From Prevotella sp. (GTDB taxonomy: Bacteria > Bacteroidota > Bacteroidia > Bacteroidales > Bacteroidaceae): a stretch of 64,000 bases of DNA. Shown in pieces: positions 46,179 through 55,581 of this stretch. The DNA lies in NCBI GenBank assembly GCA_021204905.1, contig JAJPYN010000011.1, positions 16,803 through 80,802 of the forward strand, written 5' to 3'. How positions within the stretch are numbered: the stretch's first letter is position 1; each line of letters begins with the position of its first letter. Below the pieces are notes generated by a model. It was not told where the DNA came from. It worked only from the letters and a program-made list of their open reading frames with translations, and did no database searches. The translations under genes and the position numbers were made by a program.

Positions 46179-48320
46179 ATGGCAGCATTAGGCAAAATCA
46201 GAAGCAAGGGTAAAATTCTTGCCATAATCATCGGCTTGGCGCTCTTCGCCTTCATCGCCGAGGAGCTCTTCCGCTCGTGCGAGAGCACACGCAACGACCA
46301 GCGGCAACAGATCGGCAAGATCCTCGGACACCGCGTGAGCGTGCAGGAATTCCAATCGTTATTCGATGAGTATCAGGAAGTTATGAAACTGCAGCGCGGC
46401 ACGGAGAGCCTCACCGAAGAGGAGTCGAACCAAGCGAAAGACTGGGTGTGGAACTCGCTCATCCAGTCGCGCATCCTCGAGAACGAGACGCAGAAGCTCG
46501 GGCTGACCGTTACCGACCAAGAGATGCAGGACGTGCTCAACGAAGGCACCAACCCGATGCTCCGCCAGACGCCGTTCGTAGACCAGCAGACGGGGCGGTT
46601 CGACGCCAACCAGCTGAAAAAATTCCTCGCCGAATACAAGGCGCAGCAGACCGCCAACCCGCAGCTCGCCGAGCAGTACCGCACGCTCTACCACTTCTGG
46701 ACGTTCGTCGAGAAGAACCTTCGCCAGCAGCTCCTCGCGCAGAAATATCAGGCGCTGTTCAGCCACTGCCTGCTCACGAACCCCGTCGAGTGCAAAGCGG
46801 CGTTCGAGGCTTCCAACGAGGAGGCTGACATCCAGCTCGCGGCCTTTGCTTACAATGATGTCAACGACTCGAAGATTAGCATCTCCGACGCCGACATGAA
46901 GAAGAAATACGACGAGATTAAAGAGACCTTCCGGCAATATGTCGAGACGCGCAACGTGAAATACATTGATATTCAAGTAGATGCGTCCGCTGCCGACCGC
47001 GCCGAGTTGCAAGCGCAGTTCGACGGTTATGCTGCCGAGCTCGCCGACGCTGCCGACCCGTCCGACCTTGTCCGCAAGAGCACGTCGCTCGTGGCTTACC
47101 TCGGGCTGCCCGTGAAGAAAAACGCGTTCCCGGCGGACATCTCGGCGATGATCGATTCGCTCGCCGTGGGCCAGACCTCGCAGGTGTTCGAGACCAAGCG
47201 CGACAACACGCTCAACGTGATGAAGGTCGTCTCGAAAGAGAGCCTGCCCGACTCCGTCGAGTACCGCCAGATACAGGTGGCCGCGGACACGCCGGAGCAG
47301 TCGCGCGCCAAGGCCGACTCGATTTACAACGCGCTGAGCAACGGCGCCGACTTCGAACTTGTGGCGAAGAACTACGGTCAGACGGGCGAGACCATCTGGC
47401 TCACCACCGCGCAATACCAGTCGTCGCCCTCGCTCGACGCCAACACGCGCACCTACCTTGAGACGCTCAACACGCTTGCGCCGGGCGAGATAAAGAACCT
47501 CGATCTCGACCAAGTGAACATCGTCGTACAGGTGGTAAGCCGCCGCGCATTCGTCGACAAATATGTCGTTGCGGCCGTAAAGAAAACCATCGATTTCTCG
47601 CACGAGACCTATTCTGCGGCATACAATAAATTCGCGGCGTTCGTCAGCGCCAACCGCACGGGCGAGGACATCGTGAAGAACGCCGAAGGCAGCGGTTACA
47701 CCGTGAGCGAATACAGCGACCTTACCACTGCGGCGCACGACATCGCCAATATCCACGGCACGCGCGACGCTCTCAAATGGGTGTTCGACGCGAAGGAGGG
47801 CGCCGTTTCGCCGATGTATGAATGCGGCGATAACAACCACCTGCTCGTTGTCGTGCTCGACAAGATCAACAAGAAGGGTTACCGCGGGCTCGACGATGCG
47901 CAAGTGGCTGACTTCATCAAGGCCGAGCTGACGAAGGACAAGAAGGCCGAGGTAATCCTTGCCGACATCAAAGGCGTGAAGAGCGTGAAGGATGCCGCTG
48001 CGAAAGGCGGGAAGACCGCGCCGATAAAGAGCATCACGTTCGCCACGCCCGCGTTCGTGCCGCTGACGGGTACGGCGGAGGCTGCGCTGTCGGGAGCGGT
48101 GGCGAGCACGCCGAAGGGCAAGTTCTGCAACAAGCCCGTGAAAGGCGAAGGCGGCGTGTATGTTTATCAGGTGGTGAACAAGACGCAGCGTGAGGGCAAG
48201 TACGACGCGGCGAGGACGAAGGCGCAGTTGAAGCAGAAGGCTATGCAGGCCACGGGCAGTTTCATGAACGAGCTGCGCACGAACGCCGACGTTACGGACA
48301 ACCGCTACATCTTCTTCTAA
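46179..48320 (+). CDS. ppiD: periplasmic chaperone PpiD-like (SurA N-terminal/PPIase family)
   Basis: 713 aa with an N-terminal TM anchor (ILAIIIGLALFAFI). The long helical/parvulin-like body is typical of Bacteroidota PpiD. Confidence 0.75.
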   Translation: MAALGKIRSKGKILAIIIGLALFAFIAEELFRSCESTRNDQRQQIGKILGHRVSVQEFQSLFDEYQEVMKLQRGTESLTEEESNQAKDWVWNSLIQSRILENETQKLGLTVTDQEMQDVLNEGTNPMLRQTPFVDQQTGRFDANQLKKFLAEYKAQQTANPQLAEQYRTLYHFWTFVEKNLRQQLLAQKYQALFSHCLLTNPVECKAAFEASNEEADIQLAAFAYNDVNDSKISISDADMKKKYDEIKETFRQYVETRNVKYIDIQVDASAADRAELQAQFDGYAAELADAADPSDLVRKSTSLVAYLGLPVKKNAFPADISAMIDSLAVGQTSQVFETKRDNTLNVMKVVSKESLPDSVEYRQIQVAADTPEQSRAKADSIYNALSNGADFELVAKNYGQTGETIWLTTAQYQSSPSLDANTRTYLETLNTLAPGEIKNLDLDQVNIVVQVVSRRAFVDKYVVAAVKKTIDFSHETYSAAYNKFAAFVSANRTGEDIVKNAEGSGYTVSEYSDLTTAAHDIANIHGTRDALKWVFDAKEGAVSPMYECGDNNHLLVVVLDKINKKGYRGLDDAQVADFIKAELTKDKKAEVILADIKGVKSVKDAAAKGGKTAPIKSITFATPAFVPLTGTAEAALSGAVASTPKGKFCNKPVKGEGGVYVYQVVNKTQREGKYDAARTKAQLKQKAMQATGSFMNELRTNADVTDNRYIFF

Positions 48321-48356
48321 ATCAAGGGTTTCGTTTTAGTTGCAAGCAAAAAAATA

Positions 48357-48393
48357 AATGCTGCGGGGCTTGGTTGCTTCGCGGCATTTTTTT
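48357..48393 (+). terminator. rho-independent terminator of ppiD
   Basis: The stem AATGCTGCG..CGCGGCATT is followed by T7. Confidence 0.65.
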
Positions 48394-48427
48394 GTTCGGG
48401 GCTTGTTTGAGACTTGCCTGAGGGTTG

Positions 48428-48601
48428 TTTGAGCGAGCGGAGTTTGGCTTGAAAAAAGTTTATCTTAGTCGCTACTATAATCCGACTCAACGTTGCGCGG
48501 CGCACAACAGCAACAAGTGTCGCCTGCGTTTCAACAATAATCTCAATTGCTTCGAATGTCGCGTACCTTCGGCACGCATTTTCTACTATGCTTTCTTTTT
48601 C
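48428..48601 (+). repeat. Family-A intergenic repeat, long copy c6
   Basis: The ~174-bp sequence is gagcggagtttggcttgaaaaaagtttatcttagtcgctactataatccgactcaa...gtcgcctgcgtttcaacaataatctcaattgc..gtcgcgtaccttcggcacgcatttt..ctatgc. It is the inverted partner of 60228-60387. Confidence 0.9.
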
Positions 48602-48707
48602 CGAGGGCTGAAGCCCCCGGTTATTCTTGTTTGCGTACCTAACGGCACGCATAACCCGCAATTTGCACGACGTTTCAAAAGCACACAATCTTTGTATTGA
48701 ATTATCC

Positions 48708-48796
48708 TTATGCAACGTCTCCGACGTAGTTAGTTACTTATGCACCTTACCCCACGTAAAAACGTGGGGCTAACCTTATTTAACGTCTCCGACGTT
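48708..48796 (+). repeat. three-hairpin composite repeat (unit X1)
   Basis: The unit is AACGTC-tcc-GACGT .. CCCCACG-taaaaa-CGTGGGG .. AACGTC-tcc-GACGTT. It recurs twice at 63.27-63.47 kb. Confidence 0.85.
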
Positions 48797-48886
48797 TCTC
48801 TCACTTGCACAACAATTTCCCAAAAGAGCTGTCGCGTACCTTCGGCACGCATTTATTCTTCCAACCTTAATTCATCCTTTCAAACT

Positions 48887-49483
48887 TCAACCTTTTAAAG
48901 AGGCTGCACGGACGCGCGAGAGTGTTTCGGGCGTCATTTGGAGGTAGTTCGCGATGTGGAGCAGTGGCGTGCGGATGACCACTTGCGGCTCTTGTTTGCA
49001 GAGCTTCTCGTAGCGGCTTTGTGCGTTCTCGAAGCGCATCAGGTCGGCTCGTCGCTGTGAGATGATGAGGCTTTCTTCGAGTATTTTGCGGTAGAGCATC
49101 TGGATGTTGACGTAGTGTAGCGAGATCTCCTCGAGTTTGCTTTTGGGCAGGCCGTAGATGATGGACAGCTCGAGGGTCTCGATTTGGTTTTTGCTGGGGA
49201 TGTCTTTGAAGAGGCTCTCGATGCTCATGAAGATGGTGTGGTCGGACGCGAGGTACTCGGTTACTTCTTTGTCGTTTTTGTAGTAGAACTGCCGGATGAG
49301 GCCTTGGTCGAGGTAGTAGATGTACTCGCACTGGTCGCCCGCTGCGAGGATTGTTTCGCCTTTTTTGTACCTCATCGGCTCGATGATGCTTTCGAGGATG
49401 TCGAGTTCTTGCAGCGTCATGGTGCTGTACTTTCGGGCCAATTCCCTTGCGATGTCTCGTGTTTGAAATCTGAACCTTGCCAT
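48887..49483 (-). CDS. Crp/Fnr family transcriptional regulator
   Basis: 198 aa with a cNMP-binding-like N-terminus and a C-terminal HTH (LLHIANYLQMTPETLSRVR). Confidence 0.8.
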   Translation of the reverse strand: MARFRFQTRDIARELARKYSTMTLQELDILESIIEPMRYKKGETILAAGDQCEYIYYLDQGLIRQFYYKNDKEVTEYLASDHTIFMSIESLFKDIPSKNQIETLELSIIYGLPKSKLEEISLHYVNIQMLYRKILEESLIISQRRADLMRFENAQSRYEKLCKQEPQVVIRTPLLHIANYLQMTPETLSRVRAASLKG

Positions 49484-49587
49484 TGTTTTGTCTCCTTGCT
49501 AAATGGTTAGTATGGTTTTTAAATCGTTGGTTATCAGTGGTTTAAGTGGATTTTTATTCTTGGTTTAAATGAATTATAATTGAGCCT

Positions 49588-51369
49588 TTAATCGAGCTTC
49601 AAAACGGCTAAGAAGGCTTTTTGCGGCACCTCCACCGTTCCGATGCGCTTCATTCGCTTCTTGCCGCGTTTCTGCTTCTCCAAGAGCTTGCGCTTGCGGC
49701 TGACGTCGCCGCCGTAGCACTTTGCCGTAACGTCTTTCCTGACGCACTTTATCGTCTCCCGGGCGATGATTTTCGCGCCTATCGCGGCTTGTATGGCGAT
49801 GTCGAATTGTTGTCTGGGGATGAGCTCTTTCAGCTTTTCGCACATCCTGCGGCCGAGCGCGACGGCGTTGTCGGTGTGGGTCAGCGTCGACAGGGCGTCC
49901 ACCGGCTCGCCGTTGAGCAGTATGTCGAGCTTTGCCAGACGCGAGGGGCGGAACCCGTCGAGGTGGTAATCAAACGAGGCATAGCCCTTCGACAGCGACT
50001 TCAGACGGTCGTAGAAGTCGATCACTATCTCGCCCAGCGGCAGGAAGAAATGCAGCTCCACGCGGTTGCCAGTGATGAATTCCTGCTTTATCAGCTCGCC
50101 GCGCTTGTCGAGACAGAGCTTCATTATCGGCCCGATAAATGTCGATGTGGTGATAATCGACGCACGTATGTACGGCTCCTCGATACGGTCTATCATCGTC
50201 GGGTCCGGCATGCCGGAGGGGTTGTGCACCTCTGTTGCCTCGCCGTGCTTGTCGTAGACCATATAACTAACGTTGGGCACGGTCGTGATGACGTCCATAT
50301 TGAACTCGCGGTCGAGCCGTTCCTGCACTATCTCCATGTGCAATAAGCCGAGGAAGCCGCAACGGAAGCCGAAGCCCAACGCCACGGACGACTCCGGCTG
50401 AAAGGTCAATGACGCGTCGTTGAGCTGCAGTTTCTCGAGCGAGGAGCGCAGGTTCTCGTAGTCCGTAGGGTCTATCGGGTAGACGCCGGCGAACACCATG
50501 GGCTTCACCTCCTGAAATCCCGCTATGGCTGTGCCGCACGGACGCGCCACGTGGGTTATCGTGTCCCCGACCTTCACCTCCGTGGCGTTCTTTATCCCCG
50601 TTATGAGATAGCCCACCTCGCCGGCGGAGAGACAGTCCTTCGGCACGAGTTTCATCTTCAGCACGCCCACCTCCACCGCGTCGTATTCCATATCGGTGTT
50701 GGCGAATTTCACGCGGTCGCCCTTGCGTATCGTGCCGTTTTCTATCTTGAAATATGCGATGATGCCGCGGAAAGAATTAAACACGGAGTCGAAGATAAGC
50801 GCCTGCAGGGGTGCTGCGGGGTCCCCTTTCGGGCAGGGGATACGGTCTACAATGGCGTCGAGAACGGCGTCCACGCCCTCGCCCGTCCTTGCCGAAGCGC
50901 GGAGAATGTCCTCTTTTTTGCAACCGAGCAGCTCGATTATCTCCTCCTCAACCTTGTCCGGCATGGCGGTCGGCACGTCGATTTTGTTTATCACGGGGAT
51001 GATTTCAAGGTCGTGTTCGAGCGCCATATACAGGTTTGAAATGGTCTGCGCCTGCACGCCCTGAGTAGCGTCGACTACGAGCAGCGCCCCCTCGCACGCG
51101 GCGATACTGCGGCTCACCTCGTAGGAGAAGTCGACGTGTCCCGGCGTGTCGATAAGGTTTAAGACAAACGTTTCCCCGTCCTTGACGTACAACATCTGAA
51201 TGGCGTGGCTCTTGATGGTGATGCCGCGCTCCCGTTCGAGGTCCATATCGTCGAGCATCTGCCCCGCAGTGATCTCGATGGTGCGCGTCTTTTCCAGCAG
51301 ACGGTCCGCCAGCGTGGACTTCCCGTGGTCGATATGGGCGATGATACAGAAGTTCCTAATGTTCAGCAC
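49588..51369 (-). CDS. lepA: translation elongation factor 4
   Basis: [22 protein letters not shown] is present in a 593-aa product. The start is GTG. Confidence 0.96.
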   Translation of the reverse strand: MLNIRNFCIIAHIDHGKSTLADRLLEKTRTIEITAGQMLDDMDLERERGITIKSHAIQMLYVKDGETFVLNLIDTPGHVDFSYEVSRSIAACEGALLVVDATQGVQAQTISNLYMALEHDLEIIPVINKIDVPTAMPDKVEEEIIELLGCKKEDILRASARTGEGVDAVLDAIVDRIPCPKGDPAAPLQALIFDSVFNSFRGIIAYFKIENGTIRKGDRVKFANTDMEYDAVEVGVLKMKLVPKDCLSAGEVGYLITGIKNATEVKVGDTITHVARPCGTAIAGFQEVKPMVFAGVYPIDPTDYENLRSSLEKLQLNDASLTFQPESSVALGFGFRCGFLGLLHMEIVQERLDREFNMDVITTVPNVSYMVYDKHGEATEVHNPSGMPDPTMIDRIEEPYIRASIITTSTFIGPIMKLCLDKRGELIKQEFITGNRVELHFFLPLGEIVIDFYDRLKSLSKGYASFDYHLDGFRPSRLAKLDILLNGEPVDALSTLTHTDNAVALGRRMCEKLKELIPRQQFDIAIQAAIGAKIIARETIKCVRKDVTAKCYGGDVSRKRKLLEKQKRGKKRMKRIGTVEVPQKAFLAVLKLD

Positions 51370-51397
51370 AGGGGACTATTCGTTTGAATTCTAATTG

Positions 51398-51405
51398 CAA
51401 ATGTA
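51398..51405 (-). promoter_or_regulatory. -7 box (TACATTTG) for lepA
   Basis: The reverse complement of caaatgta is TACATTTG, 29 nt upstream of the start at 51369. Confidence 0.5.
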
Positions 51406-51427
51406 GCGAAAATATCAAAATTCGCCT

Positions 51428-51435
51428 TAACTTTG
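51428..51435 (+). promoter_or_regulatory. -7 box (TAACTTTG) for the lipoprotein gene
   Basis: The motif lies 23 nt upstream of the ATG at 51458. It is divergent from the lepA promoter. Confidence 0.5.
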
Positions 51436-51457
51436 CGCGAAATTAAAGCGATAACGA

Positions 51458-51853
51458 ATGAAAACAATCCTTTGCGCGGCCGTTATGCTGCTGCTCGTTG
51501 CCGGGTGCCGCGAGAATATCGAGAAGCGCGCCGCACGCGAGGCCGACGAATACACGCGCCGCAACTGCCCCACGCCCGTGGCCAATTACAGCCGAACGGA
51601 CAGCGTGAAGTTCGACCCGACAGCCCGCGCGTTTGTTTATTACAGCACGTTCGTTGAACGCTTCGACAGCGAGGCGAAAGTGGCGCAATACCGCACGCGC
51701 ATCTCCGAAGGTCTGCACAACGAGATTGCCGCGCGCGCGTCGATGAAAAAGTATGTTGATGCCGGCATTTGCTTCGTGTACATCGTGCGCTCCGAGCGGC
51801 ATCCCGACAAAGTCCTTTATCAAGATACCATTCGCGTTGAGCCGCGCGAATAA
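51458..51853 (+). CDS. hypothetical lipoprotein
   Basis: 131 aa with a lipobox (LVAGC). I recognised no family. Confidence 0.55.
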   Translation: MKTILCAAVMLLLVAGCRENIEKRAAREADEYTRRNCPTPVANYSRTDSVKFDPTARAFVYYSTFVERFDSEAKVAQYRTRISEGLHNEIAARASMKKYVDAGICFVYIVRSERHPDKVLYQDTIRVEPRE

Positions 51854-51959
51854 CTATTTAAAACACTGATTATCAGGCGGTTAATGCGAAGTTAAAGCTT
51901 CGGCAACAATGCAATTAGCGCGAAGTAAGGTCGTTGTCAATAGCCGGTTAACCGCAAAA

Positions 51960-52631
51960 TCAATAACGCCGCTCGCCGAAAATCTTCGTGCCGATTCTCA
52001 CTAAATTTGCTCGTTGCCCCACGGCAATCGGGTAGTCGCCGCTCATGCCCCACGAGCGCGTGTCGAAACTGCCGTCATCGGCGAAGAAACGCTTGCTTGC
52101 AAAGTCGAAATAGTCCGCAGCAACCCTGAATTCCCTTGCTATTTGCGCCTCGTCGTCGGTGTTCGAAGCCATCGCCATCAGCCCGCGGATGCGCACGTTC
52201 GGGTAATTTTCTTTGTTGAACGTAGCCAGAAACGCCGTGCAGTCGTCCGGCGCGAAACCCGACTTCGTTGCCTCTTGCGCGATGTGCAGCTCGAGCAGGA
52301 CGTCGATTTGCCGGTTCACCCTGAAAGCGCAACGTTGAATCTCAGCTATAAGCCTTTGGGAATCAACACTTTGTATCAGTGCGATGAACGGTGCGATGAG
52401 CCTTGCCTTGTTCGTTTGCAGATGGCCGATGAAGTGCCACGCGATGTCCTTCGGCAGTGCCTCGTGCTTAATCAAAAGTTCCTTGACATAGCTCTCGCCG
52501 AACGCCCGCTGCCCCGCGCGGTAAGCCTCCATGATGCTCTCCGCAGGGTGAAATTTGCTCACCGCCACAAGCGCGACATCGCCGGGCAGCTCGGCGCGCA
52601 AGGCTTGGATATTTTCACTTATCGTCGGCAC
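51960..52631 (-). CDS. yggS: YggS-family PLP homeostasis protein
   Basis: VAVSKFHP (PLP Lys) and HFIGHLQTNK are present. The start is GTG. Confidence 0.9.
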   Translation of the reverse strand: MPTISENIQALRAELPGDVALVAVSKFHPAESIMEAYRAGQRAFGESYVKELLIKHEALPKDIAWHFIGHLQTNKARLIAPFIALIQSVDSQRLIAEIQRCAFRVNRQIDVLLELHIAQEATKSGFAPDDCTAFLATFNKENYPNVRIRGLMAMASNTDDEAQIAREFRVAADYFDFASKRFFADDGSFDTRSWGMSGDYPIAVGQRANLVRIGTKIFGERRY

Positions 52632-52640
52632 AACGCGCCT

Positions 52641-53105
52641 TTATTTATTGGTCTTCGCCGAAAGGTCGTGCTCGAAAACATCCATCACGGCAGTCTCGGC
52701 GACGGACGCAATCACATAGTCGATCATCGTCTTGCTCATAATCTCGTCGACATACGCCACAGCCTTGGCGAGCGTGCCTGCCTGCACGAGGTAATACACC
52801 GTTTGCCGCTTCTCCTTCTCGGTGTTCTCGTCGAACGTGATGAACTGCAGCTTGGCCTTAAACCAGCGGTCGTCGTGCGCGTCGTCGGAGAAAAACGCCT
52901 CTTTGTAAGCGGCCTCAACGATGTTCGTAATCTTGAATTCGCCGCTCGCCAGCGACGCCATCTCGTCGGTCATCCGCGCCTCAGCCTCGGCGAACGACAG
53001 CGCGTCGACAACGTACAATTCCGAGGCTGTCTTGAGCAAACCGTCGTCCATCATCTTGTCGTATCTCACTTTGGTTTCAAACCATGTGGTTGTTCTCGAT
53101 CTCAT
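52641..53105 (-). CDS. DUF4494-like protein
   Basis: The sequence includes WFETKVRYDKMMDDGLLKT. The start is ATG 53105, because the longer ORF begins with TTG just downstream of a -7 box. Confidence 0.5.
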   Translation of the reverse strand: MRSRTTTWFETKVRYDKMMDDGLLKTASELYVVDALSFAEAEARMTDEMASLASGEFKITNIVEAAYKEAFFSDDAHDDRWFKAKLQFITFDENTEKEKRQTVYYLVQAGTLAKAVAYVDEIMSKTMIDYVIASVAETAVMDVFEHDLSAKTNK

Positions 53106-53137
53106 GCTTCTTTGCGTTTTGGTTGTCAATGGAAAGG

Positions 53138-53145
53138 CAAAATTA
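53138..53145 (-). promoter_or_regulatory. -7 box (TAATTTTG) for the DUF4494-yggS operon
   Basis: The reverse complement of caaaatta is TAATTTTG, 33 nt upstream of the ATG at 53105. Confidence 0.45.
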
Positions 53146-53219
53146 AGACAATTATTTCAATCGGCTCCGGCGAGGCAAAAAATTCGCGCTATTTTTTTTG
53201 TAAGCAGCAAATATTCTCT

Positions 53220-53227
53220 TACCTTTG
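53220..53227 (+). promoter_or_regulatory. -7 box (TACCTTTG) for tRNA-Phe
   Basis: The motif lies 43 nt upstream of the tRNA 5' end. Confidence 0.45.
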
Positions 53228-53269
53228 CACCCGTCTTTCGGCGAAGGGCGAGCGTTCTGACGAATAATT

Positions 53270-53342
53270 GGTGCCATAGCTCAGTTGGTAGAGCAAAGGA
53301 CTGAAAATCCTTGTGTCCCCGGTTCGATTCCTGGTGGTACCA
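53270..53342 (+). tRNA. tRNA-Phe (GAA)
   Basis: I folded the 73-nt cloverleaf by hand. The anticodon loop is CTGAAAA and the T-loop is TTCGATT. There is one C-U mismatch in the T stem (51-63), and no CCA is encoded. Confidence 0.88.
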
Positions 53343-53357
53343 CCCCTCCTTTCATTT

Positions 53358-53399
53358 AGCCCCGCACGCGGCGATTTCTTGTCGGTGCAGGGCTTTTTT
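53358..53399 (+). terminator. rho-independent terminator after tRNA-Phe
   Basis: The stem AGCCCCGCAC..GTGCAGGGCT (one mismatch) is followed by T6. Confidence 0.6.
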
Positions 53400-53421
53400 A
53401 TGTGGAAAGAAAGGGGCTTTT

Positions 53422-53560
53422 GAAGCTTTATTAAAAGGCTGTCGAAACTTTATTAAAAGGCTGTGCAGGGCTTGTTAAAAGGCTGTTCAAGGCTTGTTAA
53501 AAGGCTGCTCAAGGCTTGTTAAAAGGCTGTGCAATGCTTGTTAAAAGGCTTGTTCAAGGC
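53422..53560. repeat. 22-bp tandem repeat, 6 full copies
   Basis: TTAAAAGGCT recurs at 53431, 53453, 53475, 53497, 53519 and 53541, an exact 22-bp period. The unit is ~caaGGCTTGTTAAAAGGCTGnt. Confidence 0.92.
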
Positions 53561-53561
53561 T

Positions 53562-55436
53562 TTACTCAACAACAAATTTGCGGCCGCCCCTGACATAAAC
53601 GCCCTTGCCGAGCCTTGCCTCATCCTTGCCTGCAGGACGGCCGTCGAGCGTGTAAATCATGCTGTTTTCATCGGCTGCCGACGCGTCGATTTCCTTAATG
53701 CCCGCTGCGTCGAACGACAGTTTATTGTCGAGCCAATCGAAGCGGTCGCGGATGTAATTTTTCACAACCTCAACCTCCCCTTCGTACGTGCCCGCCGCCT
53801 GCCAGTTTTGGTGCACCATCGTCGACAGAATGGGCCAGCGGAGGAAGTTCAGCCGCTGCGAAGCGTCGAGCAAACAGGCCGTCTCGTCGACATATTCGAG
53901 GAACGAATCGGGCGTCATCCCCTTGTTGCGCCGCGCGTCGGCCCACATCTCTTGCAACTCGCCCATCGTGCGGCTGTCGCTCTTGATGATGCGGTTGACA
54001 AAGTTGAGCATGTCGCCCGCGTGACTGCCGAAGGTGTAAGCAAAATCCGAGTGGCTGTTGATCGGATAGGTGCGGTTGTCGTTCTCGAAGGCGATGTCGA
54101 AATCCCAGACCGGCCCCGTGTAGAAACGCTCGTCGCTGCGGCGCTTCGACATATTCGTGCTCCAAAACGTGTCGGTGTTGCCCGTGAATTCGCCCACAAG
54201 GAAGAACTGCAAGAAACTCGTGATGTCGAGCCAAGCGCGGTAACCCGTGGCGTCGGACGTGAAATCCGAAGCGTAAACGGCGGCCTCCATCGTGTTAAAC
54301 TGACTGCGGATGTAAGCGTTTTGCTCTGTCGTGATGTCGTCGCTGTCGGGGTATTTCACCGTTACCGGCGTACCCTTGTTCGAGTAGAAATAATTGTCTT
54401 CGTCGTAGGCATAAGCGTCGATCTCGACAAGGTAGCCGCCCGTGAGAAGCTCGCCCGACGTGCAGTCTTCGTCCATCTCCTCGACCTCCACGCGCCCGTT
54501 GCCGACCTCCACTTGGTCGCACAGCTGGTAGCAACCCTTATACTCGCCGTTCACCATCACGTCGACGGGCGTGCAAAACGGCGTGTAAGCCATCCCGAAA
54601 CGGCGGCTTACCTCGAACGCGAGGATGTTGCGCATGAGCGTCTTGTCGCCGTAGTTATTGATCAGCGTCCATTTCTTTGCCGACGCGGGCGAAGAGAACA
54701 CGTGCCGCTTCTTGTCGAACTTGATGCGGTAAGGCTTCTTCGGGAAATTCATCGACGCATTGCCGCGCAAACGGATGGTCGCCGACGCTGTTTCCGCCTC
54801 GCTGCCGTCGGCCGGGATGAGCGTTATCGTGCAATTTAAATCGTTAATCTTGTCCTGCGGCTCGGCATCATTCTCGATGTGAACGGACACCAACGGCAGG
54901 TTCGTCGGGCGGTAAAAACTATCGTCCGAGCCCTCGCCTTCGTAACCGTAAAACTCCGCCTCGGCAATGTTGCAATGCGAGTTGTTCGGGCCGACATAGC
55001 GGACATAACGAAAGGCGCGCGAGACATTGACATCGGCATAAGTCATTTCGCCGATCGTACCCGCGGCATCGTTCATAAACAAAGGCACCGCGTCGGAGAA
55101 ATCGGCCTCGTTCGCACCCTCGAAAACCGCCAATACCACGCGCTCCCCGCCGACAGAAGCATCGCGCGGCGACCAGCCAACACGCGTTATTATATGCGGC
55201 GTTCCAAGGTCTAATCCGCACCAGCCGAGACTGCCCGTGTTCGTGGCGAAGAAGGTCGAGAGGTCGCCGTCGAACGCATTCTCGCGCGTGTTCACCGTCG
55301 TCGATGCCCCGCCAGCGGAGTAGTCGTAAGCGAGCTCCGTGCCGATGACCGTACCCGACAGTCTTTGCGCCTCCTGCGCCGCAGCAGGAAGAGCTGTTAT
55401 AGCCGTAAGTAAGATGAAGTTTCTCAGTCGTGTCAT
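53562..55436 (-). CDS. CotH-family protein with an N-terminal discoidin (F5/8 type C)-like domain and a T9SS CTD
   Basis: A signal peptide is present (start trimmed to MTRLRNF). The CotH-like region includes LRGNASMNFPKKPYRIKF..KWTLINNYGDKTLMRN. The C-terminus is ..GKGVYVRGGRKFVVE. Confidence 0.75.
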   Translation of the reverse strand: MTRLRNFILLTAITALPAAAQEAQRLSGTVIGTELAYDYSAGGASTTVNTRENAFDGDLSTFFATNTGSLGWCGLDLGTPHIITRVGWSPRDASVGGERVVLAVFEGANEADFSDAVPLFMNDAAGTIGEMTYADVNVSRAFRYVRYVGPNNSHCNIAEAEFYGYEGEGSDDSFYRPTNLPLVSVHIENDAEPQDKINDLNCTITLIPADGSEAETASATIRLRGNASMNFPKKPYRIKFDKKRHVFSSPASAKKWTLINNYGDKTLMRNILAFEVSRRFGMAYTPFCTPVDVMVNGEYKGCYQLCDQVEVGNGRVEVEEMDEDCTSGELLTGGYLVEIDAYAYDEDNYFYSNKGTPVTVKYPDSDDITTEQNAYIRSQFNTMEAAVYASDFTSDATGYRAWLDITSFLQFFLVGEFTGNTDTFWSTNMSKRRSDERFYTGPVWDFDIAFENDNRTYPINSHSDFAYTFGSHAGDMLNFVNRIIKSDSRTMGELQEMWADARRNKGMTPDSFLEYVDETACLLDASQRLNFLRWPILSTMVHQNWQAAGTYEGEVEVVKNYIRDRFDWLDNKLSFDAAGIKEIDASAADENSMIYTLDGRPAGKDEARLGKGVYVRGGRKFVVE

Positions 55437-55573
55437 ACGCCGCAAAGGTAAGCCAAAAACGGCGATAACCGCCCTTTGACAAAGGAAAAATTGCGCCCTT
55501 TGCAAGGCAGACGCCAATCTCGCGCCGAACCAAAAATTCTTCGCCCTAATTTTGCCGCGCGCCCAACTTTGGT

Positions 55574-55581
55574 TACATTTG
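55574..55581 (+). promoter_or_regulatory. -7 box (TACATTTG)
   Basis: The motif lies 30 nt upstream of the ATG at 55611. Confidence 0.45.

Noticed and set aside
48470-48480. TATAAT inside the conserved loop of the Family-A repeat as a -10 promoter
   Set aside because: Bacteroidota sigma-A uses TAnnTTTG/-33 TTTG rather than TATAAT. The element occurs in both orientations, mostly at gene 3' ends.
48317-48715. A 132-aa ORF spanning the ppiD-crp spacer, and a similar 66-aa ORF at 36075-36275. Both contain ..IVATKINFF..
   Set aside because: The shared peptide string is simply the translation of the Family-A repeat. The ORFs run through terminators and hairpin repeats and have no coding features.
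53270-53342. tRNA-Phe as a pseudogene because of the C-U mismatch in the T stem (and tRNA-His because of a C-A acceptor mismatch)
   Set aside because: All other stems, invariant positions (U8, A14, the T-loop TTCGA) and the anticodon loops are intact. Each gene has its own promoter box and terminator. A single mismatch is tolerable.
53422-53560. Possible CRISPR array
   Set aside because: The 22-bp units are contiguous with no unique spacers. There are no cas genes in the window, and the repeat is too short.
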